DNA of 64,000 nucleotides from Thiotrichaceae bacterium UBA4486 (GTDB lineage: Bacteria > Pseudomonadota > Gammaproteobacteria > Eutrophobiales > Eutrophobiaceae). The DNA lies in the NCBI GenBank assembly GCA_002389045.1, contig DGNS01000015.1, positions 196,217-260,216 of the forward strand. The letters are read 5' to 3'. Position 1 is the first letter of the stretch. Each line of letters begins with the position of its first letter. Made by a program: the position numbers and the translations under genes. Shown one piece after another: positions 19,774-29,055 of the stretch. The notes below the pieces were generated by a model, which did no database searches, was not told the DNA's origin, and saw nothing but the letters and a program-made list of their open reading frames with translations.

Positions 19774-20346
19774 TCATTCAAATAACTGCTTCATGTTGAC
19801 GTCTTTCTTTTCTTCCTCGCTGAACTCCAGCAACTCGCGCGGCCCGAAATTGAACATGCGGGCGATGACGACATCGGGGAACTGTTCGATGCGGACATTA
19901 TTATTGTTGACGCTTTCGTTATAGAACTCGCGGCGATCGGCAATGCTGTTTTCCAGGCCGGAAATACGGTTTTGCAAATGCATGAAGTTATCGTTGGCTT
20001 TCAGGTCCGGGTAGGCTTCGGCGACGGCGAAGAGATTGCCCAGACCCATGCGCAACTGGGTTTCCGCCGGTCCCAGCGCAGCGACATCGCCCTTCTCGCG
20101 GGCGTTGAACACGGCGCTGCGTGCCTGCATGACTTTATCCAGCGTCTCCTGTTCGTATTGCATGTATTGCTTGCAAGTCTCCACCAGCTTCGGCAGTTCA
20201 TCGTGACGCTGTTTCAGCAGGACATCGATGTTTGCCCAGGCTTTGTCGACATTGTGTTTGAGTGAAACGAGGTTGTTGTAGAGAGTGATGCCGTAAATAA
20301 CGACGGCCGCCAGCAGACCCCAGAAAATGAATGTGGATACGTCCAT
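19774..20346 (-). CDS. lemA: LemA family protein
   Basis: N-terminal TM, YNNLV, WANIDVLLKQR, EAYPDLKA and RREFYN; start set at ATG 20346. Confidence 0.93.
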   Translation of the reverse strand: MDVSTFIFWGLLAAVVIYGITLYNNLVSLKHNVDKAWANIDVLLKQRHDELPKLVETCKQYMQYEQETLDKVMQARSAVFNAREKGDVAALGPAETQLRMGLGNLFAVAEAYPDLKANDNFMHLQNRISGLENSIADRREFYNESVNNNNVRIEQFPDVVIARMFNFGPRELLEFSEEEKKDVNMKQLFE

Positions 20347-20426
20347 AACTCTGTCCTCTAAGATGAATGGGCGCCGCGGCCCGGGAACGCTCACAACGAT
20401 TTGAACAAGCACCACATGCTAATGTA

Positions 20427-20480
20427 AATGAAAACAATTTTCAATTGTAAATCAATTACTTATTGCTTGACCCAGGTCAA
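20427..20480. promoter_or_regulatory. Degenerate Fur box plus an FNR-like palindrome upstream of bfr
   Basis: AATGAAAACAATTTTCAAT (4 mismatches to AATGATAATNATTATCATT) at 20427-20445; TTGAC-CCAG-GTCAA at 20467-20480. Confidence 0.45.
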
Positions 20481-20528
20481 TCCCTGAGCTAGCTTAGCCT
20501 TTATCTAAAACCCGTCCGAGGAACGATC

Positions 20529-20993
20529 ATGCAAGGCGATAAAAAGGTTATCGAACTACTGAACAAGGTGCTGAAAAATGAGCTGACCGCCATAAACCAG
20601 TACTTTTTGCATGCGCGCATGTACAAGAACTGGGGCTTCAAGGAACTCGACGAACACGAGTACCACGAGTCTGTTGACGAAATGAAGCACGCCGATCAAC
20701 TCATCGAACGCATACTTTTCCTTGAAGGGCTGCCCAACCTGCAGGATCTCGGCAAATTGCGCATCGGCGAGAACCCGAAGGAAATGCTGGAAGCGGACCT
20801 GGCCCTGGAACGCGAAGCTCTGCCCGATCTGAAACAGGCCATCCAGTATTGCGAGGAATGCCGCGATTATGTGTCACGAGAGCTGTTTGAGAGCATCCTG
20901 GAGAGTGAGGAAGAGCATATCGACTGGTTGGAAACCCAGCTCGAGTTGATGGAAAAAGTCAGTATGGAGAACTACTTACAGTCAAAAATGTAA
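20529..20993 (+). CDS. bfr: Bacterioferritin
   Basis: [17 protein letters not shown] (heme-ligand Met) and EEEHIDWLE. Confidence 0.97.
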   Translation: MQGDKKVIELLNKVLKNELTAINQYFLHARMYKNWGFKELDEHEYHESVDEMKHADQLIERILFLEGLPNLQDLGKLRIGENPKEMLEADLALEREALPDLKQAIQYCEECRDYVSRELFESILESEEEHIDWLETQLELMEKVSMENYLQSKM

Positions 20994-21030
20994 ATTTATT
21001 GGGGATCAGGCCGGAGAATTGAAATTTTCT

Positions 21031-21049
21031 ATTGAAAATGATTCTCATT
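21031..21049. promoter_or_regulatory. Fur box upstream of bfd
   Basis: ATTGAAAATGATTCTCATT, 3 mismatches to the 19-bp consensus. Confidence 0.75.
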
Positions 21050-21101
21050 AGTACTATCTTTACTCTTAACGATAGCTACTTATGACCCGGTTTGATGCCC
21101 C

Positions 21102-21284
21102 ATGTTTGTATGTGTTTGTAATGCTGTAACCGAGAATGATATCCGCAGCGCCGCTTCGCGCGGCGTGGATTCACTCGAAGCCCTGACCAGTGAACTCAAC
21201 GTTGGTGGTTGCTGCGGCAGTTGCTGCGAAATCGCCACGGAATGCCTGAATAACGCACTGGTCACGGCACAGCCCGCCGCCTGA
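21102..21284 (+). CDS. bfd: Bacterioferritin-associated [2Fe-2S] ferredoxin
   Basis: MFVCVCNAVT...CCGSC; adjacent to bfr. Confidence 0.92.
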   Translation: MFVCVCNAVTENDIRSAASRGVDSLEALTSELNVGGCCGSCCEIATECLNNALVTAQPAA

Positions 21285-21384
21285 TTTAACTGTCCCGCCT
21301 TTCGCTGCCGCAGTTGATTGCGGCAACGATCACCGCTTTGTTTCAAGAATAACCAACGCCGATGAGACGTTAATACATGACGTC

Positions 21385-21621
21385 TCAGTGATACCGGGTA
21401 TGGTTTGCCTCAACTGCCACATTCGACTCGTTTCTCAACACGCGTATACGATGCGCCGCTTCCAGCAGCGTCTCCACCACCGCGAAAAAGTGCGCCATTT
21501 TCAGGCGCAGTGATAGCGGGCCAATGCCCAGGTGCACGGTATTGCAGTCTTCGCACATCCACACATCACAGGCCCGGGTACGGCTAATGGCCAAGAGCTC
21601 ACACGGTTTATCCATGATCAT
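21385..21621 (-). CDS. Small hypothetical protein with a CxxC-x3-H motif
   Basis: CEDCNTVHL; last of three tightly spaced co-oriented ORFs. Confidence 0.6.
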   Translation of the reverse strand: MIMDKPCELLAISRTRACDVWMCEDCNTVHLGIGPLSLRLKMAHFFAVVETLLEAAHRIRVLRNESNVAVEANHTRYH

Positions 21622-21624
21622 TCC

Positions 21625-21924
21625 TCAGTGCAGGGTGGAGCCCGCCAGGGGCATCCGGGTGGATTGCTGGCCGTGGTCGGCGCTATGCGCGGCAATCGCC
21701 AGCCATTGATCCATGACTCGTTCGCTGGTGCGAATCATGAAACCGGAATCCTGGTCCGGATGGCGGGCGAGCCGCTGCAGATGATCGCGGATCCCCCTGA
21801 GTACGCTCGGATCCGGTTGCCGGGCATACCGTGTCATCAGGAATAACAATGAAGCGAGGACGACTTCGTAGCTCGTTGGACCGCCTTCTGCGGTTGCGTT
21901 GTGTTCTGGCTGTTCAGTTTTCAT
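21625..21924 (-). CDS. Small hypothetical helical protein
   Basis: LFLMTRY...DHLQRLARHP; overlaps the upstream ORF and sits 3 bp from the downstream one. Confidence 0.62.
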   Translation of the reverse strand: MKTEQPEHNATAEGGPTSYEVVLASLLFLMTRYARQPDPSVLRGIRDHLQRLARHPDQDSGFMIRTSERVMDQWLAIAAHSADHGQQSTRMPLAGSTLH

Positions 21925-22288
21925 GGGAGCTCCTTGACTTCACTTGGTTTGACTTCACGTGGCTTGATTTCATGTGGCCGAACCGGGGCGTGAAACGCCA
22001 GTCGCCGGCCGGGTTGGCTTTATCTGTTGAGTAGGTCGCGTCATTGCGTGCATCGCCGGACCGGGAGACCAGACTTTCACCGCAGGCAATCAGGAACAGG
22101 TTTTTAACCAGCAGCTTCATGCCGTATTTATCCGGTTGCAGAAATTCTTCTGGCTTAATCTCACCGTTCTCGAACATTTCCTGGATTTTCTCCATGCGCC
22201 AGCGCAAGCGTACACGGCCGGTTCCCTGTTCGATGACACACAGTTGTGGCTTCCCATCAACGAAATTGGCATGAACGATATATTGCAT
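21914..22288 (-). CDS. Hypothetical protein, first gene of an operon divergent from the porin
   Basis: 124-aa ORF with AAGGGAG upstream and a perfect Fur box about 40 bp upstream. Confidence 0.65.
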   Translation of the reverse strand: MQYIVHANFVDGKPQLCVIEQGTGRVRLRWRMEKIQEMFENGEIKPEEFLQPDKYGMKLLVKNLFLIACGESLVSRSGDARNDATYSTDKANPAGDWRFTPRFGHMKSSHVKSNQVKSRSSHEN

Positions 22289-22329
22289 TGCAAATAATTC
22301 TCCCTTACGTATTATATTGCCTGATTGTA

Positions 22330-22348
22330 AATGATAATTATTATCATT
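22330..22348. promoter_or_regulatory. Perfect Fur box in the divergent promoter
   Basis: AATGATAATTATTATCATT palindrome. Confidence 0.92.
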
Positions 22349-22384
22349 TGTAATACTTTTTAGTTTAATCCAGGGAGAAAAAAA

Positions 22385-23731
22385 ATGAGCTTTTTAACTT
22401 TTGATAGCAAAATTTTATCAAAAACAATAGGTTGTATTTTCTTTAGCAGTATGGTGGCCTTACCGGCGAGTGCCGAAGCCCCTTCCAGCGAGGAAATGTG
22501 GCGTATGATCCAGGAGCAGCAAAAGCTGATTGAGGAGTTGAAAGCCCGGCTGGAAGAGACAGATGGAAAGGTCGAAGTCGCCAAGAAAGAAGTGAATGAG
22601 GCAAAACAGGAAGTCGAGGCGGCTACGGAAGCCATGGCGGTGGCCCAGGAAACCCGCTCTCAAGGCGCCTCATGGGCGGACAAAACCAGCATCGGCGGTT
22701 ACGGGGAACTGCACTACAACAACCTGAACGATCAGAATGAAAATGACGGTACAGGCGCCGATGATGTGGATCGTGTCGACTTCCACCGTTTTGTGATCTA
22801 TCTGGCCCATGAATTCAATGACGATATTCGTTTCTTCTCTGAACTGGAGGTTGAACACGCCCTCGCCGGCGATGGCCAGCCAGGGGAAGTGGAACTGGAA
22901 CAGGGCTGGATCGAAATGGATATCAATGACCATCACCGGGTTCGCGCCGGCCTGGATATACTGCCCATCGGCCTGATCAACCCGACGCACGAACCGGATA
23001 CGTTCTACGGTGTTGAGCGCAATCGTATTGAATCGGAAATCATACCGGCCACCTGGTGGGAAGCCGGGATCAGCGTCATTGGCGAATTCGCACCGGGCTG
23101 GAATTATGATGTGGTCGTGCATTCCGGTCTGGATGTGCCCACTACCGGTGGCAGTGCATTCCGTCCCCGATCCGGGCGCCTGAAAGTGGCCAATGCCGAT
23201 GATACCGAACTGGCGACAACGGCACGTTTGCGTTACACCGGTATCGCCGGCCTGGAAGTGGGTATCTCGGGCCAGTACCAGCGCGATATCACCGCCGGCG
23301 ATGACCTGTTCGATGTTCCGGCGACGCTGTTCGAAGGCCACGTCGACTACAAGCACAGCAGCGGTTTGGCTGTCCGCGCCCTGTATGCACGCTGGGACCT
23401 GGACGATGACAACCTGCCCCTGCCCGGCGCCGGCGTGGATGCCGTCAATGCCGACAACCTGGTGGGCTGGTATGTGGAACCTGCGTACCGGTTCAAGGCG
23501 CCCTTCAACATTCCGGGCGATATCGGCGTGTTCGCACGCTACAGTGAATGGGATCAACGCAACCAGCTTGGTACACACCGGTTTGAGGAGTTCTCAAGTA
23601 TCGTAACCGGTTTTAACTGGTGGCCGCATGAAAACGTGGTGTTCAAGTTCGATTACCAGAACGAGGATGCGGACGCCCCCGTGGACCGGGTGCTGGACGG
23701 CGTCAACCTCGGCCTGGGCTATCAGTTCTGA
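22385..23731 (+). CDS. Outer-membrane porin-like beta-barrel with an N-terminal coiled coil
   Basis: Signal peptide, coiled coil, GGYGELHY, ELEVEH, alternating beta strands and C-terminal GYQF. Confidence 0.82.
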   Translation: MSFLTFDSKILSKTIGCIFFSSMVALPASAEAPSSEEMWRMIQEQQKLIEELKARLEETDGKVEVAKKEVNEAKQEVEAATEAMAVAQETRSQGASWADKTSIGGYGELHYNNLNDQNENDGTGADDVDRVDFHRFVIYLAHEFNDDIRFFSELEVEHALAGDGQPGEVELEQGWIEMDINDHHRVRAGLDILPIGLINPTHEPDTFYGVERNRIESEIIPATWWEAGISVIGEFAPGWNYDVVVHSGLDVPTTGGSAFRPRSGRLKVANADDTELATTARLRYTGIAGLEVGISGQYQRDITAGDDLFDVPATLFEGHVDYKHSSGLAVRALYARWDLDDDNLPLPGAGVDAVNADNLVGWYVEPAYRFKAPFNIPGDIGVFARYSEWDQRNQLGTHRFEEFSSIVTGFNWWPHENVVFKFDYQNEDADAPVDRVLDGVNLGLGYQF

Positions 23732-23790
23732 TTATCCGGACCATGCGTTGTGATAAACTCCGGGGCGTTTTTTTACGCCCCGGTATTGTT

Positions 23791-24312
23791 ATGAAAACAA
23801 GTCTGTGCCGATATCTTTTTTCAGCATTGCTGTGTACCTCATTCATGGTTGCTGCAACAGGTGTATATATGCAGCCGGAGGAATTCATCAAGTCGGTGTT
23901 TGCCGGCAATCCTCCGCAGGCGGAGCGACTGTGGATCACCCGGGAACTGAACGAGGACATACGCCGCATCCTGGAACGTGATCTCGGCATGATGCGCCTG
24001 CGCTACTGGCAACGTGACGGGCGCACGGCCTGGATTCTGGAAGAAGTGGGCAAGGAAAAACCCATTACCACCGGCTGGGTAGTCAATGACAGTGGCATCG
24101 AACAGCTCGAAGTGCTCATTTTTCGCGAGAGCCGGGGCTGGGAGATCCGTTATCCGTTTTTCACCGATCAGTTCAAGGGGTTACAACTGAAACAGAACCT
24201 GGAACTGGACGGACATATAGACGCCATATCCGGGGCCACGCTGTCGCGCAACGCTATGCTCAAGCTGTCGAGGCTGGCGCTGTTTCTGCACGACCGGGTG
24301 ACGGGGCAATGA
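23791..24312 (+). CDS. Exported FMN-binding (flavinylation substrate) protein
   Basis: Signal peptide, RESRG, FTDQFKG and the flavinylation motif DAISGATLS; start set at ATG 23791. Confidence 0.85.
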   Translation: MKTSLCRYLFSALLCTSFMVAATGVYMQPEEFIKSVFAGNPPQAERLWITRELNEDIRRILERDLGMMRLRYWQRDGRTAWILEEVGKEKPITTGWVVNDSGIEQLEVLIFRESRGWEIRYPFFTDQFKGLQLKQNLELDGHIDAISGATLSRNAMLKLSRLALFLHDRVTGQ

Positions 24313-25028
24313 CCTGGAAAATTCTCCAGCGCTGGCACCGGCGCATCGGTATCACGGCCGCCATTGTCGTCGTCCTGTTATGTGTCAGCGGAATTTTACT
24401 GAACCATACCACTGAGCTGAAATTGTCTGAACGCTACGTCGGCGTGGGCTGGATGCTCGACTGGTACGATATTCACCCGGCACAGCCACCGCTCAGTTAC
24501 CGTGTCGGGCAAACACACATCACCCGGGTGGGTGATCGGCTTTACTATAACGACGAGGAGGCGGCTACCGCAGTTACGCAATTGCACGGTGCCGTTGCCT
24601 ACGGCGATTGGGTCGTGGTTGGCGTGGATGCTCGCCTGCTGGTTTTCGATGGCGGCGGGCAACTGGTTGAACAACTGGATGGCATGGATGGCGTTCCTTC
24701 CGGTATGCGGGAGTTGGGAGTGGATGACCACGGCCAAATCATCATCCGCGCCGCGCATGGCGATTACCGTCTCGATTTCAGTTCGATTCACTGGGAGGAA
24801 GAGGATGAAATAGCGGCGGCATGGAGCGAGCCGGTCGGGATCAACCCGGCGCTGGAGCAGAGATTGCTCGAGCGTTACCGTGGCCGCGGATTGCCCGTGG
24901 AGCGTGTCCTGCTTGATTTGCATTCCGGCCGCATACTGGGGAACCAGGGTGTCTGGCTGATGGACCTGTTCGCGGTGCTGTTCCTGGTGCTGGCGGTGAC
25001 AGGCATCTGGATGTGGCTGAAGCGTTAG
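24309..25028 (+). CDS. PepSY-associated TM helix membrane protein
   Basis: WHRRIG...SGILLNH and DLHSGR...TGIWMW; start overlaps the upstream stop (ATGA). Confidence 0.82.
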   Translation: MTWKILQRWHRRIGITAAIVVVLLCVSGILLNHTTELKLSERYVGVGWMLDWYDIHPAQPPLSYRVGQTHITRVGDRLYYNDEEAATAVTQLHGAVAYGDWVVVGVDARLLVFDGGGQLVEQLDGMDGVPSGMRELGVDDHGQIIIRAAHGDYRLDFSSIHWEEEDEIAAAWSEPVGINPALEQRLLERYRGRGLPVERVLLDLHSGRILGNQGVWLMDLFAVLFLVLAVTGIWMWLKR

Positions 25029-25171
25029 CGCGCATTTCTCACCATAAATGACTGGGTTGGCCCAGTGGGCCATCGATCACAGGGAAATTATCCGTAATTG
25101 CAGATGACTCGTTGGATATTGTATACGGATTTTCCTCCACGTTTGATCGAGCGCAAATCATTCTTTAAATA

Positions 25172-25196
25172 AATGATATAAGTTATCATTATCATT
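25172..25196. promoter_or_regulatory. Fur box upstream of the Fe3+ ABC transporter
   Basis: AATGATATAAGTTATCATTATCATT contains tandem GATAAT hexamers on the minus strand. Confidence 0.8.
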
Positions 25197-25220
25197 CAAT
25201 TTGTGGTTAGGGTTTACCGA

Positions 25221-26225
25221 ATGCGTTTATACTTTTTGTTTTTCATTGCATTATTCATTTCTACGGCCGTCTCGGCGGAAGTGAACATTTACTCAGCCCG
25301 CAAAGAGGCGCTCATCAAACCGCTGTTGCAACGATTTACCGAGGCGAGCGGAACACGTGTCAACCTGGTCACCGGCGATGCCGATGCACTGATCAAACGT
25401 CTTGAAATCGAGGGTAAAAACAGTCCGGCTGACGTGCTGTTGACCGTGGATGCCGCCCGCCTGTACCGCGCCAAAACCCGGGGACTGTTCCAGAAGATCC
25501 CGTCCGAAATGGTTTCTGCGCGGGTGCCGGCCAGGTACCGCGATGAGGATGGCTACTGGACAGGATTGTCACTGCGCGCCCGGGTGATCGCCTATGCCAC
25601 CGACCGGGTCAATCCGAATCAACTGACCACCTACGAGGACCTCGCTGATCCGAAATGGCGGGGCCGGATCTGCGTGCGATCCTCGTCCAACATTTACAAC
25701 CAGTCTCTGGTGGCCGGCCTGGTGGCGCATCTCGGTATCGAGAAGACCGGGACCTGGGCAAATGGTCTGGTTGAAAATTTTGCCCGCGCGCCCAGGGGCG
25801 GTGACCGTGACCAGATCAAGGCCGTGGCGGCCGGTCAATGCGACCTGGCGCTGGTCAATACCTATTATATCGGCGGCATGCTGACTTCCAGTATTGAAGC
25901 GGAGCGCAATGCGGCCCGGCACATCGGCGTGTTCTGGCCCAACCAGCAAGGCCGTGGCGCGCATATCAATATCAGTGGCATCGGCATCACGGCGGCGTCG
26001 AAAAATACCGAACAGGCAAAGCGGCTGATCGAGTTTCTGCTCTCGGACGAGGCCCAGCACTGGTACGCCGAAACCAACTTCGAGTACCCGGTAGTCGATG
26101 GCATCAGGCCCAGTGAGACCCTGCAACAGTGGGGTGACTTCAAGGCCGATGAACTGCCCATGAACAGGCTGGGCGAGTTTAACTCCGAGGCCCTGCGTAT
26201 CATGGATCGGGCGGGCTGGAAGTAA
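25221..26225 (+). CDS. Fe(III) ABC transporter substrate-binding protein (FutA/FbpA family)
   Basis: Signal peptide, YSARKE, SPADV, SSNIYNQSL, GGDRDQI and NTYY; start set at ATG 25221. Confidence 0.93.
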   Translation: MRLYFLFFIALFISTAVSAEVNIYSARKEALIKPLLQRFTEASGTRVNLVTGDADALIKRLEIEGKNSPADVLLTVDAARLYRAKTRGLFQKIPSEMVSARVPARYRDEDGYWTGLSLRARVIAYATDRVNPNQLTTYEDLADPKWRGRICVRSSSNIYNQSLVAGLVAHLGIEKTGTWANGLVENFARAPRGGDRDQIKAVAAGQCDLALVNTYYIGGMLTSSIEAERNAARHIGVFWPNQQGRGAHINISGIGITAASKNTEQAKRLIEFLLSDEAQHWYAETNFEYPVVDGIRPSETLQQWGDFKADELPMNRLGEFNSEALRIMDRAGWK

Positions 26226-26233
26226 GCCGGGAC

Positions 26234-27925
26234 ATGCCCAGTTCCGCCACCACGGTCACCGGCTATTCGGCGCCGGCCGGGTTCCCGGTGCTGAAACCGT
26301 GGACTGTGCTGGTCCTGTTCCTGGTAATGATTTTCGCGGTGCCCCTGATCACCGTAATCAGCAGTGTCTTTGTCCCCAACGCGGAAATCTGGCGACACCT
26401 TCGCGAGACGGTACTTGCCGATTACATCACCAATTCCTTGCTGCTGATGTTCGGGGTCGGCGTTATTACTCTCCTGATCGGGGTGATAACGGCCTGGCTG
26501 GTGACCATGTTCCGCTTTCCGGGCAGTCGCCAGTTCGAATGGGCGCTGTTGTTGCCCATGTCCATCCCGGCCTACATCATTGCCTATACCTACACCGGTG
26601 TTCTGGATGTCGGTGGTCCGTTGCAGATCTGGATCCGCGAGTACTTCGGGATCGGCTACGGCGATTACTGGTTTCCCGAAATACGTTCCCTCGGTGGCGC
26701 CGTGTGCATGCTCAGCCTGGTGCTGTATCCCTATGTTTACCTGCTCACCCGTGCCGCGTTCGTGGAGCAGTCGGTGTGCGTGCTGGAAGTCTCGCGCACC
26801 CTGGGTTGCGGACCCCTGCGTTCCTTTTACCGTATAGGTATCGCACTGGCGCGCCCGGCCATTATCGTCGGCTTATCCCTCGTGCTGATGGAAACCCTGG
26901 CCGACTACGGCACCGTGCAGTATTTCGGCGTCGCCACGTTTACAACGGGGATCTTCCGCACCTGGTTCGGGCTCGGTGACAGCGTCGCGGCGGCGCAGCT
27001 TTCCGCCCTGATGATGTTTTTTGTCATCATCCTGCTGTACCTGGAATATCATTCACGCCACCGCTCACGGTTTCATCACACCAGTACACGCTACCGCAAC
27101 ATCCGCAAACTGCCGCTCACCGGTTCATCGGCCTGGCTGGCGACGTTCGTTTGCGCCCTGCCGGTGTTGCTTGGATTTATTGTACCGCTGTTTTTTCTGA
27201 TGCAATGGGCGCGACAGACCTGGGGTATCGTTATTAGTGAGGATTTTTTCCAACTCATATACAACAGCATGGTGCTGGCCAGTATCACGGCCGTGGTGGC
27301 CATGATCCTGTCCATGGTCATGGCCTACGGCAAACGCCAGAGCGGCAGTCGCACCATCCGCCTGGGCACACGTTTCGTCGGCATGGGTTATGCCATACCC
27401 GGAACGGTCATTGCCGTTGGCGTGCTGCTGCCCTTTGCCTGGGTGGACCGGCATATCGATGTGTTCTTTAGCACCCGTTTCGGTATCAATACCGGGCTGC
27501 TACTGAGTGGTACGCTGGTGGCGCTGGTGTTCGCCTACCTGGTGCGCTTTATGGCGGTTTCATTAAATACCGTGGATGCCGCGCTGATGAAAGTAAAACC
27601 GTCGATGGACGAAGCGGCGCGATCCATGGGCATGAAGGATCTCGCCATTCTGAAAAGAATTCATATTCCTATGATCCGCGGCAGCCTGCTTACCGCAACC
27701 TTGCTGGTATTCGTGGATGTGCTGAAGGAACTGCCGGCAACCCTGATCCTGAGGCCATTCAATTACAATACGCTGGCAATCCGCACCTATGAACTCGCCA
27801 ACGAGGAACGACTGGCGGAAGCGGCCTGTCCGGCGCTGGCCATCGTGCTGGTGTCCATCATCCCCGTGGTTCTGCTCAGCCGTTCCATTTCCCGTTCCAG
27901 ACCCGGTAGTCATGCACTCGGTTAA
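26234..27925 (+). CDS. Fe(III) ABC transporter permease (FbpB family)
   Basis: Two BPD_transp repeats: LYPYVY/EVSRTLG and DEAARSMG/KELPATL. Confidence 0.93.
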   Translation: MPSSATTVTGYSAPAGFPVLKPWTVLVLFLVMIFAVPLITVISSVFVPNAEIWRHLRETVLADYITNSLLLMFGVGVITLLIGVITAWLVTMFRFPGSRQFEWALLLPMSIPAYIIAYTYTGVLDVGGPLQIWIREYFGIGYGDYWFPEIRSLGGAVCMLSLVLYPYVYLLTRAAFVEQSVCVLEVSRTLGCGPLRSFYRIGIALARPAIIVGLSLVLMETLADYGTVQYFGVATFTTGIFRTWFGLGDSVAAAQLSALMMFFVIILLYLEYHSRHRSRFHHTSTRYRNIRKLPLTGSSAWLATFVCALPVLLGFIVPLFFLMQWARQTWGIVISEDFFQLIYNSMVLASITAVVAMILSMVMAYGKRQSGSRTIRLGTRFVGMGYAIPGTVIAVGVLLPFAWVDRHIDVFFSTRFGINTGLLLSGTLVALVFAYLVRFMAVSLNTVDAALMKVKPSMDEAARSMGMKDLAILKRIHIPMIRGSLLTATLLVFVDVLKELPATLILRPFNYNTLAIRTYELANEERLAEAACPALAIVLVSIIPVVLLSRSISRSRPGSHALG

Positions 27926-28970
27926 GGTCGAGAAGGTCAGTATCGGTTTCGATGGCGTCCCTGTCGTCAGGGATTTGTCCATCGCCATAGACCCCGGGGA
28001 GATCGCCTGCCTGCTCGGACCCAGTGGTACCGGCAAGACCACACTGTTGCGACTGATTGCCGGTTTTGAAAAACCGGATACCGGCGAGATCTGGATCAAT
28101 GGCGTCAAGTGCAGCGATCCCGCGGGCATGCTGCCGGTGGAAGAGCGTGGTATCGGCATGGTCTTCCAGGATTTTGCCCTGTTCCCGCACCTCAGTGTCG
28201 AGGACAATATTCTGTTCGGGCTGCGCAACAAGCCGGCAGCAAAACAGCGGGGCCGGCTCACCCAGCTTTGCGACCTGCTGCGCATCCGTGAACTGCTGGA
28301 CAAGTTTCCACATCAGCTCTCCGGTGGCCAGCAACAGCGTGTGGCCGTTGCCCGCGCACTGGCTCCGGGCCCCCGGGTCATGTTGCTGGATGAACCGTTT
28401 TCCAACATCGATGTGGAACTGCGCGAGGAACTGGCCGAAGAAGTCCGCGCCACCCTGAAGGAAGAGGGCGTCACAGCCATAATAGTCAGCCACAACCAAC
28501 TCGAGAGTTTTGCCGTCGCAGATCGTATCGGAGTGATCTATAACGGCCGCCTGTTGCAATGGGATTCCGCCTTTAATCTGTATCACCGTCCGCTGGACCG
28601 ATACGTTGCGGATTTCGTCGGCCAGGGTGTGTTCATGCCCGCCCGGGTTGTCAGTGCTACGAGTGTCGAAACCGAACTCGGTATCATCAGTGGTTCCGGG
28701 CCACATAACTTTGCCGAAGGTGAAGCCGTTGAGGTATTGATCCGACCTGATGACATTATTCACGATGATGACAGTGATATGACCGCCGTGGTTGAGCACA
28801 AGATCTTCCGCGGGGCGCAATTTCTTTATACTTTGGTATTGAAGAGCGGTCAGCGTGTGCTCAGCCTGGTGCCCAGTCATCACAACCACCCGGTCAACCA
28901 GCCTATCGGTATTCGCATGGAAATCGATCACCTTGTGGTTTTTCCCACCGGGGCCGGGCGCGGTGTCTGA
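27912..28970 (+). CDS. Fe(III) ABC transporter ATP-binding protein (FbpC family)
   Basis: GPSGTGKT, LSGGQQQR, LLDEP and a C-terminal TOBE-like region; start set at ATG 27912. Confidence 0.93.
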   Translation: MHSVKVEKVSIGFDGVPVVRDLSIAIDPGEIACLLGPSGTGKTTLLRLIAGFEKPDTGEIWINGVKCSDPAGMLPVEERGIGMVFQDFALFPHLSVEDNILFGLRNKPAAKQRGRLTQLCDLLRIRELLDKFPHQLSGGQQQRVAVARALAPGPRVMLLDEPFSNIDVELREELAEEVRATLKEEGVTAIIVSHNQLESFAVADRIGVIYNGRLLQWDSAFNLYHRPLDRYVADFVGQGVFMPARVVSATSVETELGIISGSGPHNFAEGEAVEVLIRPDDIIHDDDSDMTAVVEHKIFRGAQFLYTLVLKSGQRVLSLVPSHHNHPVNQPIGIRMEIDHLVVFPTGAGRGV

Positions 28971-29055
28971 ATTACCGCGCCCGGATGATGTCGTGTCGTA
29001 ATGTGCAGTTGAAATTACTATACTAGGGCAAAGAATAACGAGTGAGTTCTGATGT

